A DNA stretch of 60,905 nucleotides. It comes from a virus. Its lineage: Duplodnaviria; Caudoviricetes. This document shows positions 39,674-48,624 of this stretch, in pieces; within the stretch, counting starts at the first letter, position 1, and each line of letters starts with the position of its first letter. The DNA is taken from positions 1-60,905 of IMG/VR virus record IMGVR_UViG_3300012942_000050, one strand, 5' to 3'. The position numbers and the translations under genes are program-made. The notes under the pieces were generated by a model. It made no database searches. It was not told the origin of the DNA and saw only the letters and a list, made by a program, of their open reading frames with translations.

Positions 39674-42499
39674 CTACGTACCGATGACCTGTGGGTAGAG
39701 TTCATAAATATTCGTACCCACGGGCAGACTCTTGTACATCACATACGCCCCCAGCCCACGCAAGATCTCACCAGACCAGAACCCGAAGAACATGCTGTTG
39801 ACACCACTGCGCAGCCCCGGCGTCCACCCTCCATTCATAATCGCCTCAGCCCCCTGATTCACCGGGTACTGATCCTGCAGCTCAACCACACAACCTTCAA
39901 TGAAGTCCCCAAGTCCCTTGACTTGGCTGCCAGCCATGGCGGCGAAACAGGCTCCAGCCAGGAACAGTCCAGTCATGTGCCCGGTAAAATCGCCATCTGG
40001 AGCCGTGGGCAGACTGTTAGGAGGAAACTCCGTTGGTGTCCGGCCCTGGTGTGCTGGCGCAAAATCAATAAGCCACCTCAACCAGTTCTCACAGTACTCA
40101 ACGAGCTTTGCAGGAACGGTCTTACCTTGCATGACAAGTTCGTGCCAGGCTCTGCAGCCGCCCAAGAAGGCACGGGGCTCGTACCCGGCCCAAGCATCAT
40201 CCGTCCCCCAGTTATACATAGTCCAGGTGTCTGGAGGACCATACTTCGCGTTATCCCAACGATTCCAGATATACGCTGCAGCAACCGGGCCGAGCACCTT
40301 GAATTGGCTGGCGTACCACTGCTGGGAGTCGTACAGGAAGTCAATCATATTGCCCAGCATTGTCAGGTTATCCGCGTCATCATTCAGGCAGTAGATGAGC
40401 GGGTACTGATAGCCAGGGTAAGGCATACCGTGCCATGCATCGAGCTGCATGGCGCCTTCCACATAAATATTGGAATAAGGAACCACCCCCGGCGTATAGG
40501 CCAAGGCATCATCACGCTGGTCCTGAATAGTGCAATCCCCTATCGTGGCGTTGAACGCCTCGGTGCCTACAACTGTCAGGCGAAATTTCAGCGTGTAGCC
40601 GTCGTCAAGCGTATAAACTGGCGGGATGTCGTTGATGTAGCAATAAGAGAATGTCTTGTTGACGTCTGTGGATGTCTCCAGGCTGACCGTCATCTGGTCC
40701 ACAGTCTCAAACACAGGGGCCAAAGGGTTCACCGGACCTCCTGGAGTCGGCTGATAGCCACTTAGCACGAGATTTGCTGGATCCAACGTAACCGTCTGCC
40801 AGGCCCCGCTCGTGTTTGGCAGAACCCAGTACCATCGCCACCCATAGTCGTCAACAATACCAAGGTCGAACTCAGCATCAGTGCGAATGGTGATGGACTC
40901 GACTGTGGACTTCCCCGATTCCAGTAGCCAGAAGCCAAGGACCAGGCCCGCATCACTCGTTGGAAACAGCGCCTTGGTGACGGACGCCTTGCGTGTCCCC
41001 ATCACCGCATCTTCCAGAGCCGTTGTATATGACGCCCCACCGTACTCGGTAGCCGCCCTGTAATCAGCAGGCAGATACTGCGTACCGTCAAACATCGCAA
41101 TCTGGGCGAGGTCGGAAATGTTGAACGTGTATGCCTGGGGCGTATTTGCTGTAGACTGGGGCAAGTCAATGCCCCACCACGTTCCAGGAACATCAGCCTT
41201 CACCTGACTCATCAGGATCTGCAGCTTGGCATTCACCGGCGTACCTGTTGCGCCAACGCCTCCATAGGTGACAAGTACTTTCGATCCCTGGTCCACCCTG
41301 AACCATATCGCCTGCTGCTCCATCGCCTCCTGCGCTGCGGCATTCGCGGCCATAGTGATATAGCCGTCCTCATCCCGGCCATAAGTCACCTCCACGGTGT
41401 CCGGGTAAGTGAATGAGTAGCCGATGCCATCTGTGTAAGGCGTCGTCGCATACACACTCTGTCGGAAGTACTTGTCCTGAGCGTCAATCTGGGCATACTC
41501 CCGCAAAGTCACGTACACGCAGTCCATGACCTTCTTGTACTTGTCGTCGCCCGTCGCCTTCCATAGCAGGTAGGCGCAGTCCATGAACCATTGCTCAGCA
41601 TCCGCTGCATTACCCATCTGGTTAACGCCGCCAAGTAAGGGAACATGCACAGGCCGGTTGTGCTGGACCTGGTTACGCTGAATCAGGTATCCCCCATGCT
41701 CCACGGGCTGGATGGTCGCGTAGTTCAGTTTGTGGGTGCCATTGACAGTGGTGTCCTTGAGCTGCACCGTACCGTAAGTCTCTGCAGGATTCCCGGAAGA
41801 CAGCACATCCCCGCCAGAGTCTATCTGATCACCACGAGAATCAATGATCCAGTCCACGTCATACTGCTTACCTGGATTATCCCAGTCCGTGGACCCATCC
41901 GGAAGAGTCCCCATCACGGTGGCATTCATAGCATCCCAGGCCAGCACACCGTCAAAGGCAAACGTGGCAATGTCAAGGTACTCACCCCAGTGCGGGTCAC
42001 CGTGGGGGATCAACGTATTGCCATTGGTGAACGTCATGTCCACGCCTTTGAAGCCACTGTGCGTGGGGTACTCGGTGTCTATGGGGTAATTGGCAAGCAC
42101 GGGCTGCTTGCTGTTGACAATCCAGTTGCAAATGTACCGTTGAGGTGTGTCAGGGATGGCCTGTCCAGCGTAGAAGTATTCGATATAGGCGTCAAAATAC
42201 TTCTTCGCCTCATTCAAATATCGGACGTCTCCTGTTGCATAGTAGGCATAGCAATATCCGACGATCTCCAAGGACTGGCTCTCCGTCGTGCCGTCCCCGT
42301 TGGGCTGCGCCTCCATCTGCGACCAGGCAATGAAATGGCGGTTGTTCGACATCACGCCTTCGGCGTTCGCCACGTACCAGTCCGTAGTGGGGTCGTTGGT
42401 GTCCCCCGTATTGGCCAGCATGAACAGATGGTGCCCTTCAATCATGCTCAGAGCACGAGTCACACCATCGGGTACAGCACGCATGTGGGACCGTATCAC
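39674..42499 (-). CDS. Large virion protein with GH8/six-hairpin glycosidase-like motifs
   Basis: TTESQSL (cf. GH8 SEGQ), AYYATGD.RYL..A, NAADAEQW (cf. A-x-DGD), LWKATGDDKY; aromatic-rich with beta inserts. Confidence 0.6.
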   Translation of the reverse strand: MIRSHMRAVPDGVTRALSMIEGHHLFMLANTGDTNDPTTDWYVANAEGVMSNNRHFIAWSQMEAQPNGDGTTESQSLEIVGYCYAYYATGDVRYLNEAKKYFDAYIEYFYAGQAIPDTPQRYICNWIVNSKQPVLANYPIDTEYPTHSGFKGVDMTFTNGNTLIPHGDPHWGEYLDIATFAFDGVLAWDAMNATVMGTLPDGSTDWDNPGKQYDVDWIIDSRGDQIDSGGDVLSSGNPAETYGTVQLKDTTVNGTHKLNYATIQPVEHGGYLIQRNQVQHNRPVHVPLLGGVNQMGNAADAEQWFMDCAYLLWKATGDDKYKKVMDCVYVTLREYAQIDAQDKYFRQSVYATTPYTDGIGYSFTYPDTVEVTYGRDEDGYITMAANAAAQEAMEQQAIWFRVDQGSKVLVTYGGVGATGTPVNAKLQILMSQVKADVPGTWWGIDLPQSTANTPQAYTFNISDLAQIAMFDGTQYLPADYRAATEYGGASYTTALEDAVMGTRKASVTKALFPTSDAGLVLGFWLLESGKSTVESITIRTDAEFDLGIVDDYGWRWYWVLPNTSGAWQTVTLDPANLVLSGYQPTPGGPVNPLAPVFETVDQMTVSLETSTDVNKTFSYCYINDIPPVYTLDDGYTLKFRLTVVGTEAFNATIGDCTIQDQRDDALAYTPGVVPYSNIYVEGAMQLDAWHGMPYPGYQYPLIYCLNDDADNLTMLGNMIDFLYDSQQWYASQFKVLGPVAAAYIWNRWDNAKYGPPDTWTMYNWGTDDAWAGYEPRAFLGGCRAWHELVMQGKTVPAKLVEYCENWLRWLIDFAPAHQGRTPTEFPPNSLPTAPDGDFTGHMTGLFLAGACFAAMAGSQVKGLGDFIEGCVVELQDQYPVNQGAEAIMNGGWTPGLRSGVNSMFFGFWSGEILRGLGAYVMYKSLPVGTNIYELYPQVIGT

Positions 42500-43419
42500 A
42501 GCCAGCTCACCTCATGAAAGCCAAACCACCCTCCCTCGACAAGTGGATCTGACATGAATGTCACGATGTCAGCCTTGCCCTGCGTGTACGCAAGCACAGG
42601 TTCCCGTCCAAACCCCCACTTGACGGTGCCAGGGTACACAACCTTGTTCGCGCCCGTGCCTTGTCGGAAGACGCAGGTGAAACTCCACACCTTGCCTTCA
42701 GGTATCGGGCTACCACCGAACGTCAGGGTGCAGCTAGGTTGATCCAAGGTCATGTCATAAATCATCTTGCCGTCACCCAAGCCGGGATCAATAGCCAGCG
42801 TCGTGGCTGTGCCTGCCGAGGCAATAGTCACACTTTCAGGGAGTGCTCCGACGATGCTTTGCGCAGCATTCTGTGCAGTCGTCGCCGCAGTCGATGCAGC
42901 AGTCGCAGACGTTGCAGCAGCATCCGCCTTCTGGCTGGCCAAGGTAGCCTGATCGTTGACTTGCTGGATCTTGTCATCCAGACCGCCAAACTCCGTCTGC
43001 AGTGATTCCCCTGCAATCACAGCGGGCGTCTTCAGGTACACAGTATTGCCATACCTGTCCGTGATCGGGTAAGTGCCATCCCCATTTGGACCGCCGGTTG
43101 GCGTCCCGGACATCCACGCCTCAAACTCATCCAGACTGGCATACCGCTGAGACAGGTATTCTTCCACCTTGCGCATCAAATACAGATGCGAGGCATCATC
43201 CACAGCTACCAGAATGGTGTAAGGACCAGAGGCTGTGGCAGCGGCATCATCCACAAGCGTGAGGTGAGTGTCGTCCTCGACAGACTCCACCTCCATGTAG
43301 GCGCCGCTCAGGACAAGGATGGACCCGGCTGGCACCGCATCTGTCCAGGCCGTCCCAGTGCCTATTACTGACTTGCTGCCAGCCGTGGTAGTGGCCGTCC
43401 CTGTGGTATAGAGCGGCAT
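42496..43419 (-). CDS. Short fibre/adaptor protein
   Basis: MPLYTTGTA N-terminus paralogous to the long fibre; C-terminal RQGTGA..V.YP..VKW..P.L....DIVTF fibre-tip domain. Confidence 0.75.
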   Translation of the reverse strand: MPLYTTGTATTTAGSKSVIGTGTAWTDAVPAGSILVLSGAYMEVESVEDDTHLTLVDDAAATASGPYTILVAVDDASHLYLMRKVEEYLSQRYASLDEFEAWMSGTPTGGPNGDGTYPITDRYGNTVYLKTPAVIAGESLQTEFGGLDDKIQQVNDQATLASQKADAAATSATAASTAATTAQNAAQSIVGALPESVTIASAGTATTLAIDPGLGDGKMIYDMTLDQPSCTLTFGGSPIPEGKVWSFTCVFRQGTGANKVVYPGTVKWGFGREPVLAYTQGKADIVTFMSDPLVEGGWFGFHEVSWL

Positions 43420-45440
43420 CAGACCCCCCACCCAACAAAGCCAGACGGCGGTGCATAAGCCAAGGCGCCATCCGTACCAAAGTTCGCTGAGAACACAGCA
43501 GCTTCGTCCGTACAGATGCAGGCAACCAATGGCAACGTGCCAGAAATCGTCACGCCTCCCGTGCCAGCCACCGGATCACCGCTCCAGGCTCCCCCGTTCG
43601 TGCGCGACCACACTAGACGGTTATCTATGTCCACGGCAACGCTTACAACATCGTTTGCCGTGCTGAACCCCGATGACGTAACGGATGTGACGCCGCCGGC
43701 GTATATCTTGCCGCTGCCCTGGAACACGCCAGCAGAGTTACCGCTGTCGTCATAACCAACTTGCCTATCCAGCCCCTCATTCCTTGCACATACCCCCACA
43801 GCAGCATTGCCGGAACTGGTGCCAGAAACGAACTTGATCTCAAAGTACAGCTTGCCCGTTGATTTCTGGGTTGTGCCAAGGATTACGGCCTGGCTACCTC
43901 CTGCGAAGGTCGCCTGCAGCTTGGTTGCGTCCAGCGTCACAGCCGCTGTCTTCATCACGGGATCCAGCGTCGTCACCTCGGACGTGCCACCTCCCCCGGA
44001 TCCTGCATCATTAATGATCTGCGCCGGGCACTTCACATTCACCGTGGTGCCACCAGATGGAAGCGGGTATGTGCCATCACCATTCGGCCCACCATCTACC
44101 GTTCCAACCGCCCAGGCCAACACCTTGGCCATGTTCGATACATCCCCCGACAACGCACTCCCTAACGACGCCAGCACATCCTGAACATTGTCTCCGGAAT
44201 ACCCACTGATTTCAGTAACCGGCACGCCTTCTGCAGTCACATTCGTGGCGGCTTGGGCACGACCAGCCCAGTACTTAGCGGAGTACCCCGTGCCATCGAC
44301 AGTGGTGCCGTCGTCTTGCTCCGCCCACTTCTGAGCCAGGGTCGCAGACAGTGCGGCGGATGCAGAGTTATTCCCCGCAGTCACTGCGGAGGACGCTGCA
44401 TCACTTGCGTAACCTGATGCCGCTGTTGCCGACCCGGACGCTTGGCTGGCTGCCGCCTCTGCAGCAGCCTGGGCATCCGACACCGATGTGCCAAGTGTGC
44501 TGGAAATGCTTGTGCATGTGTTGGCTGCAGTCTGGGCATCCGATGCAGAGTTCGCCGCTGCCGTTGCACTCGTAGCCGCATTCGTTTCCGACGTTGCAGC
44601 ATGCGATTTGGAAGCGGCTGCAGCCGTGGCAGAGGAAGATGCGTTGGTTTCAGAACTCGCAGCAGCAGTCTCGCTGGCCTTGGCGTTGGTTTCTGACGTC
44701 TTGGCGTTGGTTTCCGAGGTTTTCGCATTCGTCTCGGAAGCCTTGGCGTTGGTTTCCGAGGTTTTAGCGTTCGTCTCCGACGTCGCCGCCGCCGTAGCAG
44801 AATTCTCCGCCTCAGTGGCAGACTGCCCAGCGTTCGTCTCAGAGGTGTGTGCCGCCGACGCTGAATCGGCGGCGGCAGACGCAGAACCACTTGCATCACC
44901 AACTGAAGAAGCAGAGTTTGCAGCAGCCACCGCACTGTCATGAGCCGCTGACGCGGCAGACTGAGCGGCCTGCACTGCGGTGGAGAAGTCGCCAAGCTGA
45001 CCCACAGCAGTGGACAGGGCTTGGGCATCTGCGGAGAGCGTCGGCACGCTGGGGACAAGTGTGGTGTTCCCGTACCTATCAGTAAGTGGGTACTTTCCGT
45101 CCCCGTCAGGCCCACCTGTAGACGTCCCTGTCATCCAGTCCGTAAACTGCGTCAGACTCGTCTCACGGTCAGACAGAAATTCCTCAATCTTGTTCATGAG
45201 GAACAGGTGGCTGGCATTGTCTACGGAGACAAGCGCGGTATAGGCGCCGGAGTACGTGGCGGGCGCCTCATCGACAAGTGTTAGGTGGGTGTCGTCCTCA
45301 ATTGAAAACACCTCCATGTAGGTGCCATTGGCCTGAAGAACGGTGCCGGGGTTGATCTCACTCCCCCACTCCGTACCCGTACCCACGACAGCACGGCTGC
45401 CGCTCGTGAATGCTGCTGTGCCTGCAGTGTAAAGTGGCAT
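43419..45440 (-). CDS. Long side fibre (Stf-like repeats) ending in a SPRY domain
   Basis: Tandem SETNAK(T/A) heptads, Ala/Ser coiled coil, SAKYWA, C-terminal GKLYFE SPRY domain. Confidence 0.85.
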   Translation of the reverse strand: MPLYTAGTAAFTSGSRAVVGTGTEWGSEINPGTVLQANGTYMEVFSIEDDTHLTLVDEAPATYSGAYTALVSVDNASHLFLMNKIEEFLSDRETSLTQFTDWMTGTSTGGPDGDGKYPLTDRYGNTTLVPSVPTLSADAQALSTAVGQLGDFSTAVQAAQSAASAAHDSAVAAANSASSVGDASGSASAAADSASAAHTSETNAGQSATEAENSATAAATSETNAKTSETNAKASETNAKTSETNAKTSETNAKASETAAASSETNASSSATAAAASKSHAATSETNAATSATAAANSASDAQTAANTCTSISSTLGTSVSDAQAAAEAAASQASGSATAASGYASDAASSAVTAGNNSASAALSATLAQKWAEQDDGTTVDGTGYSAKYWAGRAQAATNVTAEGVPVTEISGYSGDNVQDVLASLGSALSGDVSNMAKVLAWAVGTVDGGPNGDGTYPLPSGGTTVNVKCPAQIINDAGSGGGGTSEVTTLDPVMKTAAVTLDATKLQATFAGGSQAVILGTTQKSTGKLYFEIKFVSGTSSGNAAVGVCARNEGLDRQVGYDDSGNSAGVFQGSGKIYAGGVTSVTSSGFSTANDVVSVAVDIDNRLVWSRTNGGAWSGDPVAGTGGVTISGTLPLVACICTDEAAVFSANFGTDGALAYAPPSGFVGWGV

Positions 45441-45455
45441 GTCCTGCCCTTCTTG

Positions 45456-45887
45456 TTATTGATTGTTCAAGATCTTGGCCTCGTACTGCGCCAGGAACTC
45501 TCGGGAGAAATCATCACCCCGCTCGTTCATCAAATCCAGCAAGATGTTCTCGATCTGGATAAGACGTGTGACGCTGTATTGTTCACTCTGCATCTTGGCA
45601 AGGGCTGCCAAGGTGTTCATTACGGAGTTAGCAACCTGGGCGCGTTGGTTCGCAGGTGTCTCACGGTCGTCAAGGAGGGACGCCTGCAGACGCTTGGCGG
45701 CAAGGTACTGCTCCACCAGTTCCTCCTCCAGGTTCATTTCACTCAGGCTGGACGTTGGAAGGAGCGCCCGAACGTCCTCCTGGAGCTTGAAAAGCTGGTC
45801 CTCAGTGAGCCTTTTGAGGTCAATATCGACCTCAAAATGCCTCACTGGGCCACATTTTTCTGGTTTTTCATCCAAAAACGACGGCAT
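45456..45887 (-). CDS. Putative terminase small subunit
   Basis: 143 aa helical acidic protein heading the late operon; assigned by position only. Confidence 0.45.
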   Translation of the reverse strand: MPSFLDEKPEKCGPVRHFEVDIDLKRLTEDQLFKLQEDVRALLPTSSLSEMNLEEELVEQYLAAKRLQASLLDDRETPANQRAQVANSVMNTLAALAKMQSEQYSVTRLIQIENILLDLMNERGDDFSREFLAQYEAKILNNQ

Positions 45888-45913
45888 TTTGCTAGATTTT
45901 TATTATTTATCAT

Positions 45914-45934
45914 GCAATTTTACCGTGATTTTGC
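45914..45934 (-). promoter_or_regulatory. Copy of 21-bp GCAA-N13-TTGC element at the head of the late operon
   Basis: GCAATTTTACCGTGATTTTGC. Confidence 0.65.
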
Positions 45935-45953
45935 AATATTCGGCAAGAAACGC

Positions 45954-46547
45954 CTACTCTTCCTCGTTCAGGTACTTTTTGTAGAACTTCTCGATTTCTG
46001 CCACACCCTGGACGAAAATATCCGCAGACAGAGCGTTCCGTTCCTTGCGGCTCATCGCCCGCAAGTCTTTATAGGCGTAACCTCGTGCAGTCACCTTGCG
46101 TCTGGCCAGTCGATAAGCGACTGAGTAGTTCAGCCCATAGTCCTCCGCGATCTTCATAGCGGAGGAGCCAGCACCTTCAATCATCGCACAAGCCGCCCGA
46201 AGGACATATATCTTATGTTCCTTGGTTTCCCTGACCTTCTCAGTCCTCGCCACTGACGACTGAGTGGGCTTCCACTGCAGGTTCAGGTACATATGAACCT
46301 GAGCTAGCTTGCTCTCTGACATGCGAGAAGCCTTCCGGAAAGCCAGCCGGAACTTCCCGATCTCCACGCGGTCGGTGAACACCTTGTTCAATCTGCCTTC
46401 CAAGTACTCAATGGACGCATCGACGTTGTACAAGAGGCTACTCATGACTGAGGGAGCCATATCCCACTTTGGCTTCCCCTTCATCGTGCCCTTCTTGATC
46501 TTCTTCAGATCTCGCAGCACGGTCTTAGCGTCCATGTCAAACTCCAT
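45954..46547 (-). CDS. Basic protein with HTH-like segment; candidate transcription regulator
   Basis: SAMKIAEDYGLNYSVAYRLARR resembles an HTH; Lys/Arg-rich; start uncertain (46547 or 46535). Confidence 0.55.
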   Translation of the reverse strand: MEFDMDAKTVLRDLKKIKKGTMKGKPKWDMAPSVMSSLLYNVDASIEYLEGRLNKVFTDRVEIGKFRLAFRKASRMSESKLAQVHMYLNLQWKPTQSSVARTEKVRETKEHKIYVLRAACAMIEGAGSSAMKIAEDYGLNYSVAYRLARRKVTARGYAYKDLRAMSRKERNALSADIFVQGVAEIEKFYKKYLNEEE

Positions 46548-46606
46548 CAATATCGAGCGGTCAATATTAAGGGAATTTCGCAAAAATTGTCCAGTAGTAC
46601 CTTTGG

Positions 46607-47281
46607 CTATACCTTACTGTAGGCCCATTTCCCTACTACCTTACCGTGGACGATCACATCGCCAAGCTGCTCATAGCCAAGCCTGGCCTTGTCGTAGAGC
46701 GGGTTATCGGAGATAACTGTGACGCTACGATCAAACTCTCGCTGGATCCTCTTGATCCTCAACTCATCCATATAGGTAAAGACATACACGGCGTCGGCGT
46801 CGAAAGCGCAGACACTGCGGTCGATGACCAGGGTGTCATGAGAGGTGAAGGTGGGCTCCATGGAGTCACCACGAGGCTGGCAGAGTGCCAGGTTCGACAG
46901 GCTCTTGATGTTCGGGTACTGCGCTTGCACCCAATTAGTTGGGACTTTCACTTGATTCAGGATCTCATATTCGTTGTATGAACCCTCCCCTGCAGCTGGC
47001 GAGAGGGATGATATGGTCAGGAACGCGCCATCCTCCTCAGCAACGTTGGCGTGCTTGGACAAGATGAAGTCCAACGGTGGCATCTCCCACCCTAAGGCAT
47101 CCGTATACCTCTTAGCAACATCCCATGACATGCCCTCATTCTCCCACTTGGCGACAGTGCTCTGGCTAACACCAACCAGGTCTGCAATCGCCTGCGCACT
47201 AGGTTTGGGCCGCAAGGCTGTACGAGTACTCTGAAACCACTTGCCAAGTGCCTGTCGTTCCATCTGAGACGAGGAATTCAT
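46607..47281 (-). CDS. CI-like repressor (XRE HTH + S24 peptidase)
   Basis: IADLVGVSQSTVAKWE HTH; AAGEG cleavage site; GDSMEP Ser and IKRI Lys; AAGGAG RBS. Confidence 0.92.
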   Translation of the reverse strand: MNSSSQMERQALGKWFQSTRTALRPKPSAQAIADLVGVSQSTVAKWENEGMSWDVAKRYTDALGWEMPPLDFILSKHANVAEEDGAFLTISSLSPAAGEGSYNEYEILNQVKVPTNWVQAQYPNIKSLSNLALCQPRGDSMEPTFTSHDTLVIDRSVCAFDADAVYVFTYMDELRIKRIQREFDRSVTVISDNPLYDKARLGYEQLGDVIVHGKVVGKWAYSKV

Positions 47282-47327
47282 AGTGTGCTCCTTAAAGTGA
47301 CGATCAATGCCACGAATAATAGCACAT

Positions 47328-47558
47328 TTATGGCTTAATTATGAGTATAAAGTTTGAAAATATGAAAAATTTTTTGAGCGGACCTGGGTGGACGCGGCCA
47401 AAAAATCCGGGGCAAAAAGCTACCCCGTCATTCACGTGCGGCCTATACAGCCTACATGCAAGGCCAGTAGTACCTAGCACGCCTAGGTAGTATTACTGAA
47501 TGTATCAAATGTAATAGTAAGTAATAGTACTAGATTACCACTCATAAAACAGCCATAA
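47328..47558. promoter_or_regulatory. Divergent immunity region with two inverted 19-bp operator-like sites
   Basis: TTATGGCT-taa-TTATGAGT (47328-47346) and its inverse ACTCATAA-aac-AGCCATAA (47540-47558). The second overlaps TAGATT-N17-CATAAT. Confidence 0.6.
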
Positions 47559-47786
47559 TACATCCATACCTAATCAACAATAGGTACTCGTTCTTTAAGT
47601 TGCCCCGGCCCCGTCGGGGCAAGCCATCGTGATACATCCATGGCGCCGCCAAGTGCGGCCAGTACGCTTGCCATGACCTGCGTACGGGCCGCGCCGATGG
47701 CCGGCAAGAAGCCCGCGCACGTCATGCTTGTATCAGCGCCCATGCCCCATAACAACTATGCGCGGGGACAAGGACGCCGGTAGAAC

Positions 47787-47799
47787 CGCTCATTAACAA
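47787..47799 (+). promoter_or_regulatory. boxA-like antitermination element
   Basis: CGCTCATTAACAA, one mismatch to consensus CGCTCTTTAACAA. Confidence 0.55.
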
Positions 47800-47888
47800 T
47801 CAGACTATCAGAGTACGCGCCATAACAGGACACAGCATCCGCTATGTCTCTAACCCATACGCGCCGCATGGCGCACAAGGATCACACC

Positions 47889-48527
47889 ATGGCAAATATC
47901 ATCAATAAACAAATCGTCAATAGCAAACTCACAAGCTGGGCCGCGCAGCGTCACACGCAACTGGAGGAATCCCCAGCTATCATACAGTCAGCCGTGTATC
48001 ACGGCCTGTTGCATGGCGATTTTTTCAAGTTGCGCGCGTACCTTGCGACGCTTGGAAACACGGAACGCGGCGCGATACTTGCCGCTGTGCTGGCTTGCAG
48101 CAAACTGAAAAAAACGACGAAGCGTGACAACTGCAATGTACCGTTGTTTTTCGAGCGCGTAGGCGGCAACTTGTCGGCCATCTCGGCGGAAAAGGCCATT
48201 GCAGTAGTACCAGACTGGCGCGTAGCTTACGAGGCCAAAAGGGCGGAACAAGCTACCGCGCGGCAAGCCAAAGCGGCTGCAAAGGCCGCCGACAAAAACG
48301 CCGACGAAGCAAAAAAAGCGGCGGAAAAGGCGGCAAAAGGTACGGGGTACGTACACTTTCGTACGGACATCCTTGCCCTGGCGCAAAAAATCCGGCAAGC
48401 GAAAAGCCAGAAACAAACGACGGCAACTGAGTCGGCCTTACTCGACGCCTATCTTGCCTTCGTCGAAACCGCAACAAGCAAAGAAGCACCGAAAGAAGCA
48501 CCGAAGAAAACCGGCACTCACAATTAA
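47889..48527 (+). CDS. First early protein, function unknown
   Basis: AAGGA RBS, 212 aa, HGLLHGD motif, Lys/Ala-rich tail; AAA-rich codon usage unlike the late genes. Confidence 0.75.
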   Translation: MANIINKQIVNSKLTSWAAQRHTQLEESPAIIQSAVYHGLLHGDFFKLRAYLATLGNTERGAILAAVLACSKLKKTTKRDNCNVPLFFERVGGNLSAISAEKAIAVVPDWRVAYEAKRAEQATARQAKAAAKAADKNADEAKKAAEKAAKGTGYVHFRTDILALAQKIRQAKSQKQTTATESALLDAYLAFVETATSKEAPKEAPKKTGTHN

Positions 48528-48540
48528 TGCCGGTTTTCTT
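48504..48540 (+). terminator. Terminator-like 13-bp hairpin over the stop codon
   Basis: AAGAAAACCGGCA-ctcacaattaa-TGCCGGTTTTCTT. Confidence 0.6.
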
Positions 48541-48624
48541 ACCCGCCGTTTTAAGCAAAATAGCGGGTACTTTGCATTAACGGCGCGTACTCTGATAGTC
48601 TGGTTATTACCTGAGTGTATTCTT

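Larger units (their letters stand above)
47801..48602. repeat. Perfect 21-bp inverted repeat bracketing the first early gene
   Basis: CAGACTATCAGAGTACGCGCC (47801-47821) / GGCGCGTACTCTGATAGTCTG (48582-48602). Confidence 0.9.

Noticed and set aside
38399-44000. Duplicated SPRY regions as DGR template/variable repeats
   Set aside because: Differences are not adenine-specific, both copies are coding, and no reverse transcriptase is in the window.
743-45243. Long antisense or alternative-frame ORFs (e.g. 1670-2746, 7827-8858, 31756-32676, 39638-40765)
   Set aside because: Shadow ORFs of GC-rich, codon-biased genes; no RBS or recognisable motifs.
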